From the NCBI GenBank assembly GCA_034520945.1, contig JAXHNB010000001.1:32001-96000 (forward strand): a stretch of 64,000 nt of DNA. The letters are read 5' to 3'. Of this stretch, positions 35,161 through 44,619 are shown piece after piece. The stretch comes from Trueperaceae bacterium. Its GTDB lineage: Bacteria; Deinococcota; Deinococci; Deinococcales; Trueperaceae. A program made the position numbers and the translations under genes. Within the stretch, counting starts at the first letter, position 1; the number at the start of each line of letters is the position of its first letter. The notes under the pieces are model-generated. The model was not told the DNA's origin. It saw nothing but the letters and a program-made list of their open reading frames with translations, and did not search any database.

Positions 35161-35349
35161 CTACCGCTCCGACGACGTGGCCAGCGTGTCCAAGAGGTAC
35201 GCCGCGCTGCCCACGATGAACAACCACACCCCGATCCGTTCCGCAGGGCCCCATAGGAACAGCACGCTGCCGATCAGGAACGAAAGGTTGCCCCACGTGG
35301 CCAGCTGCCGCCGCGCCGTCCGGCGCAGCGCCCGAACCCGCCGGCGCAT
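35161..35349 (-). CDS. Small YrhK-like membrane protein (62 aa)
   Basis: GNLSFLIGSVLFL...GVWLFIVGS pattern; GAGGAG RBS. Confidence 0.75.
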   Translation of the reverse strand: MRRRVRALRRTARRQLATWGNLSFLIGSVLFLWGPAERIGVWLFIVGSAAYLLDTLATSSER

Positions 35350-35699
35350 GGCCGACTCCTCGGGCGCGTCGGGGCGCGCCGCCGCGCTGCCAGGGATCAA
35401 TGCCGTACGGGTCCGCAACACGAGGGCCCCCTTTCCACGCGGTCGTTCGTGCGGAGCCTTGGACCCGGCGGCGCGACCGCCAGGCCCGTGGGCACGGGAC
35501 CGGACTGACAGGGATTCACCCGCGCGTCGCGGGCGTGAATGCTGATTCTAGCGCGCCCATTCACGTGAGGGAAGAGGCTCATGCGACGTTCGGCCGGGGC
35601 GTCCCACGGGCGCGGCCGGGGAGGGCCCGCGGCCGCGCGTCGCGACGACGCGTGAGCTTCCCCGTGCAGGCACCCCTGGCCCGGCCCTATGCTGGACGC

Positions 35700-36218
35700 G
35701 TGCGCCGCCGTCCCCCCCTTGCGCTCGTGGCCGCCTTGGTCCTGGCGTGCGCGGCCGCGACCTTCGCTCAGGCGCAGCCCCAGCCCCGGCCCGGGGCCGA
35801 ACCGGCTGGGCCGATCGATCCGTCGGTGCCGATCCGGGTCGAGCGCGCAGCGGGCGCGATGCCGATCTTCGTCCTGGGCGCCAATCGGTTCACGCCCCGC
35901 CAGATCGCCCACTTCTTGACGGGTCTCCCCGCCTTCCTGAGGCGGGCTCGGGGCGTGCCGCCCGGGCAGCAACTGGCGTGGCGCGTCGAAGGCCTCGGCG
36001 GCTACCTGAGCCTGTCCACCTCGCCGTTCGCGGGGGGCCCGGACTACCTGTTGACCCTGCGCGCCGAGCCCGTGCGGAGCTTCGACGACGAGGGCGCGCT
36101 GCTGCAGGTGATGGAACGCCTGGGCCGCGCCGTGCTGCGCGAAACGGACGGCTTGGTCGATCCCGGCCTGCCCTTGGGCGACCCGCCCCCACCCGGCGCA
36201 CCCAGGTTGGCGCCCTGA
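35700..36218 (+). CDS. Hypothetical exported protein
   Basis: TATGCT-N6-GTG leaderless start; signal peptide ending AFAQA-like. Confidence 0.6.
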   Translation: MRRRPPLALVAALVLACAAATFAQAQPQPRPGAEPAGPIDPSVPIRVERAAGAMPIFVLGANRFTPRQIAHFLTGLPAFLRRARGVPPGQQLAWRVEGLGGYLSLSTSPFAGGPDYLLTLRAEPVRSFDDEGALLQVMERLGRAVLRETDGLVDPGLPLGDPPPPGAPRLAP

Positions 36219-36239
36219 GCGGGCGGTAGACTCGCCGCC

Positions 36240-37442
36240 ATGGACGACAGCGGCCCTGAGGCCCGCGGGGACGAGCAGGCCCCCTCGCCGACGCCCCCAG
36301 TGGGGGAGGCCGGCGCGTGGGTCGCGCGTTTGCACGCCACCGCGCACCGTAGCGTGTTCGCCTTCGCCGGCGCGGGCGCCGAGGCGCTGGCGTGGCTGCA
36401 CGCCGTCGGGGGCAGCAGCCGCACCATCTTGGAAGCGCACGATCACTACCATCCCGCCTCCCTGACCGAGGCGCTGGGCGGCGCGCCCGAGCGGGCTGCG
36501 GCGCCGGAGCCGACCCGTACGCTGGCGCGACGTTCGCTGGCGCGCGCACGCGCGCTGGTGCAGAGCGACCAACGGCCCGGCCCCGTGTTCGGCATGGGCC
36601 TCACCGCGACCCTGGCCACCGACCGCCCCAAGCGCGGCGAGCACAGGGCGCACCTGGCGACGGCGGACGCGCTCGGGACGCGGGGACTGGACCTGCACCT
36701 CCGCAAGGGTGCCCGCGAGCGCGCCGGGGAGGAGGCGCTCGTCGCATGGGCGGTGCTGCACGCCGCGGCCGGCGCGTGTGGCGTGATGGGCATGCCGCCC
36801 CTGGCCACGTTCGGGGACGAGGGGCCCGAGCATGCCTACCATCCCACCGAGGCGTACGCGGCGTTCCTGCACGACCCCTCGGCGATGCTGGCGATGGACC
36901 GGGACGGCGTGCCCGGTCCCGCCGCGTCTTTCGACGCGATGCCGGCCCTGGTGTCGGGGAGCTTCCATCCCTTGCACGAGGGGCACCTTCGCTTGGCCGA
37001 CGCGGCGAAGGCGTGGACGGGCGGCGAGGTGGGCTTCGAACTGCCGCTGGTGAACGCCGACAAGCCGGAGGTGGACGCCTCCGAGCTGGCGCGGCGGGCG
37101 GCGCAGTTCTTCGGGCGCGCGTCGGTGCTGCTCACGCATGCGCCACTGTTCGCGGACAAGGCGGAACGGCTGCCCGGCACGGTGTTCGTGATCGGTGTGG
37201 ACACGGCGCAGCGCGTGCTGGACCCCAGGTTCTACGGCGGCGACGCGGAGCGGGATGCCTCGCTGGCGCGCATCCGGACGGCCGGGTGCCGGTTCCTGGT
37301 GGCCGGGCGCGCCACGGAGGGGGCCTACCGCACCCTGGAGGACCTGGCGCTTCCGGCGGGCAGCGAGGATCTGTTCGAAGCGCTGCCGTCGTTCCGGGTG
37401 GACCTGTCCAGCACGGCGCTGCGGGCTTCCTGGATGCGGTGA
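36240..37442 (+). CDS. CinA-like / HxGH nucleotidyltransferase (NadD-like) fusion
   Basis: N-terminal AVGGSSRTILEA CinA-like segment; SGSFHPLHEGH, VIGVDT, DLSSTALR. Confidence 0.75.
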   Translation: MDDSGPEARGDEQAPSPTPPVGEAGAWVARLHATAHRSVFAFAGAGAEALAWLHAVGGSSRTILEAHDHYHPASLTEALGGAPERAAAPEPTRTLARRSLARARALVQSDQRPGPVFGMGLTATLATDRPKRGEHRAHLATADALGTRGLDLHLRKGARERAGEEALVAWAVLHAAAGACGVMGMPPLATFGDEGPEHAYHPTEAYAAFLHDPSAMLAMDRDGVPGPAASFDAMPALVSGSFHPLHEGHLRLADAAKAWTGGEVGFELPLVNADKPEVDASELARRAAQFFGRASVLLTHAPLFADKAERLPGTVFVIGVDTAQRVLDPRFYGGDAERDASLARIRTAGCRFLVAGRATEGAYRTLEDLALPAGSEDLFEALPSFRVDLSSTALRASWMR

Positions 37443-37779
37443 GGGCAGGCCTTGCGGACGGCGTGGGCGAGGCGCCATCGGCCGCTTTCGGGCACCTCGC
37501 GGTCGTGCCCCCACCGCCCTGTGTACCTGCCTAGCACCTCTCGGCTTCTGCCTAGCGTGCGCGAACCCATGGCCCCGTGATGGGCGACGATTCAGGTGTG
37601 CACGCTCGGCCGGCGCCGGCGCTCGCGTTCGCACGCGCCGCCTGTGCCGTGGGAGCCCGAAGCGGGGACGATCCGACGCCGCGTGCACGCCAAGGTCGGG
37701 TGGGACCGCGACATCCCGCCGACGACCCCTCCGGAACGAGCGGCCGCCCACCCCGTGGTGGGCGGCCGCTCGTGACGCG

Positions 37780-39123
37780 TCACCGTATGCGCACGGGGGC
37801 TTCCACCGCTTCCAGCAGTCCGTGCGTCGCCCGCACGAAGCGAAGCCACGTCCGGACCGCGTCGCGCTCGGCGCGGGCGATCGCACGGCCGTCGCCCCCG
37901 TCCCGCGCGTGGCGGAGCGCGTCCTCCGCCAACCGCCACCGCGCCCGCCGGGCGCATGCCTCCTCGCGGGCGGCGTGGGCCTCCGCGCGGAGCGCAGAGG
38001 CGAGGGCTTCCTGGGTCGCCGCGGCCTCGGCGCGCAAACGTTCAGGGGTCGTCGCGGCGCGCACGCCGTCGCGGCCGAAGCGAAGGGTGGCCGTGACGCG
38101 CGCCCAGCCGCGCTCCTGGATGGTTCCGTCCAGACTGCCCGCCACCTCGGCCCGCGGCCGGCCGGCCCGCATGCCCAGCGTGCCCTCGACCCGCGCGTCC
38201 GACCCGGCATAGCCCACCTCCATCGCCACGTCGGGGATGAACGCCCGCCGGCGGTAGCGCTCGCTGCGCGCCACCTCGGCCGCGAGCCGTAGGGCCCGGG
38301 CCCGGTAGGCAGCCAGCCTCGTCGGATCGGGCGCGGCGGGGTGGTGCAGGTCCCGGCGGGGCGCCGCGGCGGGCGCCGGAAGGAGGGACGGCGCGACCGG
38401 CGTCAGTTCCGCGAGCGCCCGTTCGGCGTCGGCCAGGTCCAGTTCGGCCTCCCGAAGGTCCAGGCGGGCGGCACGGTGCGCTCGGTCGGCCTCGACCTGC
38501 GCCTCGGCGAGCTCGGGGGCGTCCGGGGACGCGGCGGCGGCCGCGGCGCGTGCCTCGTCGCGCCGGGTCCGCGCCGTTGCCACCTCGTTGCGTGCCTCCT
38601 GGAGGTCCGCCCGGGCGGCGGCGCGTTCCGCCACTGCCGCCTCCAGCTCTACCGGGGCGACCAATGCCTCCACGGCCGCGTCCCGCATGGCGTCGGCCAG
38701 GTCGAGCCGCGCCTCGACCACCCGGGCCTCCGCCAAGAGCACTTCGCTGCGCAGCGGCGACCACGCGACCGACGCGTCCGGCCGGGGTGCCAGCTCGGCC
38801 TCCAGCGGGCGTGGCGGGTCGTCGCGCCACGTCAACGTCAGGCGCGGCCGCAGGCGGATCTCGGCGGACAGGCCGAGGCGGGCCTCCTGGAGGGCTCCCT
38901 CGAGGCGCGCCAGCTCCGCCCGGGCCGCCACGATCTCGGCGGCGGCTGCCTCGACGGCAAAGCTCGGGGGTGGGGCCGGGGCGGGCTGGGCCAAGGCCGT
39001 GCCGGCGAGCAGCAGGACGCCCGCCCCCACGCCGAGCAGTCGACGGTGAGCCCGCGGTTGCGGCGCTGCGGGCGCCAAGGTGGGACCGGTTTCGGCGGGG
39101 CGTGCGATAGCGCTCTGTGCCAC
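37780..39123 (-). CDS. Exported coiled-coil protein, TolC-like outer-membrane factor candidate
   Basis: Signal peptide ending ALA-Q; repeated long amphipathic helices alternating with beta-like segments; TACGCT-N7-GTG start. Confidence 0.5.
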   Translation of the reverse strand: MAQSAIARPAETGPTLAPAAPQPRAHRRLLGVGAGVLLLAGTALAQPAPAPPPSFAVEAAAAEIVAARAELARLEGALQEARLGLSAEIRLRPRLTLTWRDDPPRPLEAELAPRPDASVAWSPLRSEVLLAEARVVEARLDLADAMRDAAVEALVAPVELEAAVAERAAARADLQEARNEVATARTRRDEARAAAAAASPDAPELAEAQVEADRAHRAARLDLREAELDLADAERALAELTPVAPSLLPAPAAAPRRDLHHPAAPDPTRLAAYRARALRLAAEVARSERYRRRAFIPDVAMEVGYAGSDARVEGTLGMRAGRPRAEVAGSLDGTIQERGWARVTATLRFGRDGVRAATTPERLRAEAAATQEALASALRAEAHAAREEACARRARWRLAEDALRHARDGGDGRAIARAERDAVRTWLRFVRATHGLLEAVEAPVRIR

Positions 39124-39435
39124 GGCTTGGAGCGTAGGCCCTGCGCTCGGCTCTGTCCCCACTCGCTTGGGCGAAAGCCTAGGATGACCCGGACGCCGAC
39201 CCAGTTGATGACGGGCCTGACCCAAGGAGGGCGAGACCCATGACGCGAATCGCGTTATGCTGATGGGTGCGGCCGCCCGCCCGGCCGTTACGCGGTCCGC
39301 ACCCGCCACACTCGGCGGATCGGACCGCCGCGGACGCCCCGCGGGACCTGTTCGAGCCCTCCCCGGCTCGCGCAGGCCCCGCGGGGCGTCCGCACGTTCA
39401 CGGGCCGTTCTGCGGCGCGGGGCGTCCGAGGGGAG

Positions 39436-39978
39436 TCAGTCGGTGATCTCGATTCGGAACGCCTTCAGCGCGATGCGATCATTGACGTTCACGCGGTGCG
39501 GGTCAGTGTTCGTACCAACGAAGACTTGCACGACCAGGTCGTAGGTACCGGCTGGAGCGTCCTCCTTGAGCTCCAAGGTGGCGTCGGTGCCAATGCCTTC
39601 GCTCAGAGCCTCGTGGTCGTGGACCCTCTGGAAGATCTCCGGTTCGGCGTGTCCGTCGGAGACGATAAGGTGGGCCGCCTGTGGCCAGGGCTCCTGCGTT
39701 TCGACAACGTTGAGGAACGGCACGGCGGACTGGACGGTGTGCTCGGGGTCGATCAGGCGGATGGAGATGCTCCCTCGCACGGTTTCACCGGCCGCGTACG
39801 CGTCCTCCAGACCGCTGGCCATGATCTCGACGCCCTCGGGGTCGGGTGCGGCGCCGCCGCCGTCTTCTCCCGCACCTGCGCCCCCGCAGGCCGTCAGCAC
39901 GACCGCAAGCATGACGAGAGCCACCTGAGCCGAACGGGCCAAGCGGTGAACAGCGACCAACGGTGCGAAGACCTGCAT
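39436..39978 (-). CDS. Hypothetical lipoprotein
   Basis: Lipobox LTAC; beta-rich acidic domain; AAGGAG RBS. Confidence 0.7.
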   Translation of the reverse strand: MQVFAPLVAVHRLARSAQVALVMLAVVLTACGGAGAGEDGGGAAPDPEGVEIMASGLEDAYAAGETVRGSISIRLIDPEHTVQSAVPFLNVVETQEPWPQAAHLIVSDGHAEPEIFQRVHDHEALSEGIGTDATLELKEDAPAGTYDLVVQVFVGTNTDPHRVNVNDRIALKAFRIEITD

Positions 39979-40118
39979 CCAGGGACTCCTTCGGCCAACG
40001 GGCCAAGGTAGCGGCCCGCGGAACCTAGCGCGTACGCTACCACGCGTCGGCGGCGACCGGCCGCCGGCACCGTACCCGACGACCCGCCCCTCGCCCGCCC
40101 CGGTGTACCCTCCTGCGC

Positions 40119-40850
40119 ATGACGTTCTCGCGCCCCGCGTTCAAAGAGGGAGTCAAGGACGTGGCGCCGATGATGCTGGGCGTGGCGCCGTTCGGGATGA
40201 TCACCGGCGTGAGCGCGGCGGCGATCGGCATGGGCACCCCTGACGCGGTGGGGATGTCGGCGTTGGTGTTCGCCGGCGCGTCGCAACTGGCCGCCATCGC
40301 CCTGATCGGCCAGGAGGCCTCGTTCTGGGTGATCGTGGCGACCACGTTCATGATCAACCTGCGCATGGCGATGTACAGCGCCTCGCTGGCGCCCTGGCTG
40401 GTGCACCTCCGGCCCTTGACGCGGCTGGGCTTGTCCTACCTGATGACCGACCAGGCGTACGCGTTTTCGATCCTGCGCTATCCGCGGGAGCCGGACGACT
40501 TCCCGCGCCGCGACTACTACCTCGGGGTGGCGACCCCGCTGTGGGCGTTGTGGCTGACCGCCACCGCCGCCGGGGCGCTGCTCGGCGCGCAGGTGCCCCC
40601 CGCCTGGCAACTGGACTTCGCCATTCCGCTGACCTTCCTCGCCCTGTTGGCGCCCGCGGTTCGAAACGTGCCCAGCCTGCTGGCCGCCCTCACCGGGGGC
40701 GCGCTGGCGGTGGCGCTGCAGGGCCTGCCGTTCAACCTCGGCCTGGTGCTGGGGGCGCTGAGCGGCATCGCCGCCGGCACGGTCGCGGAGGGGCGCGTCC
40801 GGCAGCGCGCCCGCGCGACGTCGGCCGCCGGGGACGGGGATGCCCCGTGA
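40119..40850 (+). CDS. azlC: AzlC-family branched-chain amino acid exporter subunit
   Basis: FAGASQ, INLRMAMYS, MTDQAYA, LDFAIPLTF. Confidence 0.93.
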   Translation: MTFSRPAFKEGVKDVAPMMLGVAPFGMITGVSAAAIGMGTPDAVGMSALVFAGASQLAAIALIGQEASFWVIVATTFMINLRMAMYSASLAPWLVHLRPLTRLGLSYLMTDQAYAFSILRYPREPDDFPRRDYYLGVATPLWALWLTATAAGALLGAQVPPAWQLDFAIPLTFLALLAPAVRNVPSLLAALTGGALAVALQGLPFNLGLVLGALSGIAAGTVAEGRVRQRARATSAAGDGDAP

Positions 40851-41179
40851 CGCACGAGGCGCTGTGGTGGCTGTTCCTGGTGATGGGCGTGGTCACGCTG
40901 GCGTTGCGGGCGTCGTTCATGGTGGCCCAAGACCGGCTGGCGCTTCCGCCCGTGCTGCGGCGGGCGCTGCGCTACGTCCCGGCCGCGGTGCTGGCCGCCC
41001 TGGTCGCGCCCGCCCTGTTCGCAGGCGGCGAATCGCCGCTCGGCCCGGTCGACGCGAGGCTTCCCGCGGGCCTGGTGGCGATCTTCGTGGCGTGGCGCAC
41101 CAAGAGCGTGTTGGCGACGCTGAGCGTGGGCATGGCGACGTTGTGGGCGTTGGGCTGGCTCGGCAGCGCGGTAGGTTGA
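40847..41179 (+). CDS. azlD: AzlD-family subunit
   Basis: LRYVPAAVLAALV, VAWRTKSV; GTGA overlap with azlC. Confidence 0.9.
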   Translation: MTHEALWWLFLVMGVVTLALRASFMVAQDRLALPPVLRRALRYVPAAVLAALVAPALFAGGESPLGPVDARLPAGLVAIFVAWRTKSVLATLSVGMATLWALGWLGSAVG

Positions 41180-41183
41180 GCGC

Positions 41184-42899
41184 ATGGATGCTGGGTGCGA
41201 ACCTTCCCTGCTGGCAGCCCTTCCGCAGGACGATCCGGAGGCGTGCTTGGACGTTCTGCGGCGCGACGTGATCGGCGCCGATGCCTGTGTGGAGGGGCCG
41301 TTCGGGCCGCGCCGCATCGCCTACGCCGATCACATCGCCTCCGGACGCTCACTCGCGTCGGTGGAGGACGCGATTCGGCGCGTCGTCCTGCCTACCTATG
41401 CCAACACGCACACGGAGGACAGCGCGACCGGCGCTCGCACCACGGCATTGGCCCGCTGGGCCGCGGCGTACATCAAGCGCTGCCTGGGCGCCGATGATCG
41501 GTATGCTGTTTCGTTCCCGGGTACCGGTGCGACGGGGACCGTGAAGCGGCTGCAGGAGATCCTAGGCGTGGCCGTTCCCTCGACCTTGCGGGACCGCGTT
41601 CTGGAGGTCCTGCCTCCCGAGGAGCGCTGGGTGGTGTTCGTGGGGCCGTACGAGCATCACTCCAACGAGGTGTCGTGGCGGGAGTCGCTGGCCGAAGTGG
41701 TCACCGTGCCCATGAACGCGAGCGGCGTGCTGGACGTGCACGCACTGGAAGAACGGGTGTCCGATCCCCGCTATGAGGGACGGCCCAAACTGGGTTCGTT
41801 TTCGGCCGCCAGCAACGTGACCGGCCTCCGAACGGACGTGCGCGCCGTCGCCCGCATCCTGCGGCGCCACGGGGCGCGCGTGGCGTTCGACTTCGCGGCC
41901 AGCGGCCCCTACCTCGACATCGACATGCGGCCGGGCCGAGCGGACGCCATCGACGCCGTCATGCTCAGCCCTCACAAGTTCCTGGGCGGCCCCGGTTCGC
42001 CGGGCCTGTTGGCGTTTCACCGCGACCTGTACCGCCTCGCAGCCCCCACCACGGCCGGGGGCGGCACGGTGTCGTACGTGAATGACCGCGAGCATGCCTT
42101 CGTGGACGACGTCGAAGCCCGCGAGGACGCGGGCACGCCCGGCATCGTGCAGCGCATCCGCGCGGCATTGGCCTTCGGCGTCAAGGAACGGGTCGGCACG
42201 GCGACGATTCATGCACGCGAAGTGGACTTCGCCGCGCGGGCGTTGGCGCGACTGGGGGCGCACCCGCGCATCGAGCTGCTCGGCAACGTAGGGGCGCCGC
42301 GCTTGGCGGTGGCGTCGTTCCTGGTGCGCAGCGGGCCGCCCGCGCCTGATGGGCGCCCTGCCCCGTACCTGCACCCGCGCTTCGTGATTCGGCTCTTGAG
42401 CGACCTGTTCGGGATTCAGGGCCGGGCCGGCTGTTCGTGTGCCGGACCGTACGGCCACACGTTGTTGTCGATCGACGCCTCGCGTTCCGCCGCCTACCGC
42501 GCCGCGGTGGACGCCGGGTACGAGGGCATCAAGCCCGGCTGGAGCCGCGTGAGCTTCCATTGGCTGCTGGACGAGGGGGCCTTTGCGTACCTGCTGGAGG
42601 CGCTGGACTTCGTCGGCGATCACGGCGCGCGCTTCCTCCCGCTGTACGCCTTCGATTGGAAGGGCGGCGCTTGGCGGTACCGAGGTGGGCCCGGCATGCC
42701 GGCGCCCACGGCCGACGACGGCCACGATGCGTGGGCGGAGCCACGCCGCTCGTCACGGCCGGTGGCCGATGACCGGCGGCGGTACCTGCAGGAGGCGCAC
42801 GCGTTGGCGGCGCGCTTGGATCCCCCGTCCAGCGGTTCGTCGGGCCGCGGCGACGTGCCGGCCGGCGTCGATCCCGCACTGGTGACATTCGCCCACTGA
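41184..42899 (+). CDS. Class V PLP aminotransferase / cysteine desulfurase-like
   Basis: YANTHT, EHHSN, ASNVTG, SPHKFLGG (PLP Lys), GCSCAGPYG. Confidence 0.9.
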   Translation: MDAGCEPSLLAALPQDDPEACLDVLRRDVIGADACVEGPFGPRRIAYADHIASGRSLASVEDAIRRVVLPTYANTHTEDSATGARTTALARWAAAYIKRCLGADDRYAVSFPGTGATGTVKRLQEILGVAVPSTLRDRVLEVLPPEERWVVFVGPYEHHSNEVSWRESLAEVVTVPMNASGVLDVHALEERVSDPRYEGRPKLGSFSAASNVTGLRTDVRAVARILRRHGARVAFDFAASGPYLDIDMRPGRADAIDAVMLSPHKFLGGPGSPGLLAFHRDLYRLAAPTTAGGGTVSYVNDREHAFVDDVEAREDAGTPGIVQRIRAALAFGVKERVGTATIHAREVDFAARALARLGAHPRIELLGNVGAPRLAVASFLVRSGPPAPDGRPAPYLHPRFVIRLLSDLFGIQGRAGCSCAGPYGHTLLSIDASRSAAYRAAVDAGYEGIKPGWSRVSFHWLLDEGAFAYLLEALDFVGDHGARFLPLYAFDWKGGAWRYRGGPGMPAPTADDGHDAWAEPRRSSRPVADDRRRYLQEAHALAARLDPPSSGSSGRGDVPAGVDPALVTFAH

Positions 42900-42914
42900 C
42901 GGCTGTGCGCCTGC

Positions 42915-44105
42915 TCAGCGCAGCACGGCCAGGCGTCGCTCCAACTCGTCCAGCGTGGCGTCGGACTTGGGAAACGCGAAGCGCAACAGCCCGCGGCCCA
43001 GCCCGGGATCGCTGCGGTAAAAGCTGCTGCCCGGCACCGTGCCCACGCCGACCTCGTCGATCAGGTAGTGGGCGAAGGCCTGGTCGTCCGCGTCCCGGCC
43101 CAGCCGCTCGGCCAACCGCTCCATGCCGGCCATCAGGTAGTACGCCCCTTCGGGCGGGGTCGCCTCGAAGCCGGCCTCGCGCAGCATGCCGACGGTGCGG
43201 TCGCGCCGCGCCCGGTAGAACGCGCGCAACTCCTCGTAGTAGGCATCGGGCAGCCGCGCCGCCGTCACCGCGGCCTGCTGCAGCGGCGAGGGGGCGCAGA
43301 TGGTCGTGAAGTCGTGCACCTTGCGGATCGCGTCGGTGAGCGCCGCGGGCGCGTAGGCCCAACCGACGCGCCAGCCGGTGGCGGCGTAGGTCTTGGAGAG
43401 GCCGCTGATGGTGATGGTGCGTTCCTTCATGCCGGGATGCGTGGCGATCGCCACGTGCGCGTGGCCGTCATAGGTCATGTGCTCGTAGATCTCGTCGCTG
43501 ATCGCGACCACGTCGTGCTGGGTGCACAAGCGGGCGAGGGTGGCGAGTTCGTCTTCGTCGAAGACGCGGCCGGAGGGGTTGTGCGGGCTGTTGAAGATCA
43601 CAGCGCGCACGCCCGGCCGCGCCATGGCCGCGGCCAGCTCGTCCGGGTCGACGCGGTGCGTCGGCGGCCGGATCGGCACGAAGATCGGCGTCGCGCCGGC
43701 GAACACCACGCCGGCGTGGTAGTTCTCGTGCGCCGGTTCGAGGATCACCACCTCGTCGCCCGCGTCGACGACCGCCAGCAGCGCGCTGATCACCGCCTCG
43801 GTCACGCCGCAGGTGACGGTCGTCTCCGTTTCCGGGTCGTAGGCGAGGCCCTGAAAGCGCTGCGCCTTCTCGCTCAGCGCCTGCCGCAGAGCGGGAAGGC
43901 CCCAGGTCGGCACGTACTGGTGCACGCCGTCGGCCAAGGCTTGCCGGGCCGCCTCGACCACCTCGGGCGGGGGCGGGAAGTCGGGCGAGCCCTGCCCCAT
44001 GTTGATCGCGCCGCGCTGATGGGCGTAGGCGGTGAGGCCGCGGATGGTGGAGGGGAACAGCGCCTCCGTGCGGCGCGCGGCCGTGGGGGGTGGGGCGTCG
44101 CCCAT
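42915..44105 (-). CDS. Class I/II PLP aminotransferase
   Basis: MGQGSPD, NSPHNPSG, SDEIYE, LSKTYAATGWRVG. Confidence 0.93.
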   Translation of the reverse strand: MGDAPPPTAARRTEALFPSTIRGLTAYAHQRGAINMGQGSPDFPPPPEVVEAARQALADGVHQYVPTWGLPALRQALSEKAQRFQGLAYDPETETTVTCGVTEAVISALLAVVDAGDEVVILEPAHENYHAGVVFAGATPIFVPIRPPTHRVDPDELAAAMARPGVRAVIFNSPHNPSGRVFDEDELATLARLCTQHDVVAISDEIYEHMTYDGHAHVAIATHPGMKERTITISGLSKTYAATGWRVGWAYAPAALTDAIRKVHDFTTICAPSPLQQAAVTAARLPDAYYEELRAFYRARRDRTVGMLREAGFEATPPEGAYYLMAGMERLAERLGRDADDQAFAHYLIDEVGVGTVPGSSFYRSDPGLGRGLLRFAFPKSDATLDELERRLAVLR

Positions 44106-44108
44106 GCG

Positions 44109-44486
44109 TTACTCGGCCGTGGAGGCGCCGTCGCTGGCGGGGATCCAGCTCGGTTCGGGCGTGACCTCTTCGGCCGGTTCGGGGCCGGCGTCGGACCACC
44201 CTTCGGACCGCAGCGTCATGAGCGGCCGGACCGTCATGTCGTGCGTGAGCACGATCTGGCACGACAGGCGCGCCTGTCCGCTCAGGCCCTTCTCGGCCAG
44301 CTTGTCGGCCTCGGCGCGGGTCATCACGTCCGGTTCGCCGGCGTCGAATTCGACGCGGCAGGTGGTGCAGCGCGCCTGGCCGCCGCAGCGGTGGCCGATG
44401 TCCACCCCGAGCGCTTCGATGGCGCGCACCAGACGGGTGCCTTCTGGGAACTCACGACGCGAATCGCCGACACTCAACATGGGCAT
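44109..44486 (-). CDS. [2Fe-2S] ferredoxin
   Basis: CGGQARCTTC...RLSC; GGAGG RBS. Confidence 0.9.
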   Translation of the reverse strand: MPMLSVGDSRREFPEGTRLVRAIEALGVDIGHRCGGQARCTTCRVEFDAGEPDVMTRAEADKLAEKGLSGQARLSCQIVLTHDMTVRPLMTLRSEGWSDAGPEPAEEVTPEPSWIPASDGASTAE

Positions 44487-44619
44487 GGGAACCTCCAAGG
44501 CTCAAGGGTCTGCCCCGAGGTGGGGCGGGCCGGGCCGGGCCGGGCGGGGCCCGGCCACCTGGGGGACGATACCGCCCCGCGCGCGCCGCCGGTGTCGGGC
44601 GTCGCGGCGCGGGCGAAGG

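Noticed and set aside
44522..44549. G-run tract (GGGCC repeats), possible G-quadruplex
   Set aside because: Expected at this GC content and also explicable as a hairpin; no supporting evidence
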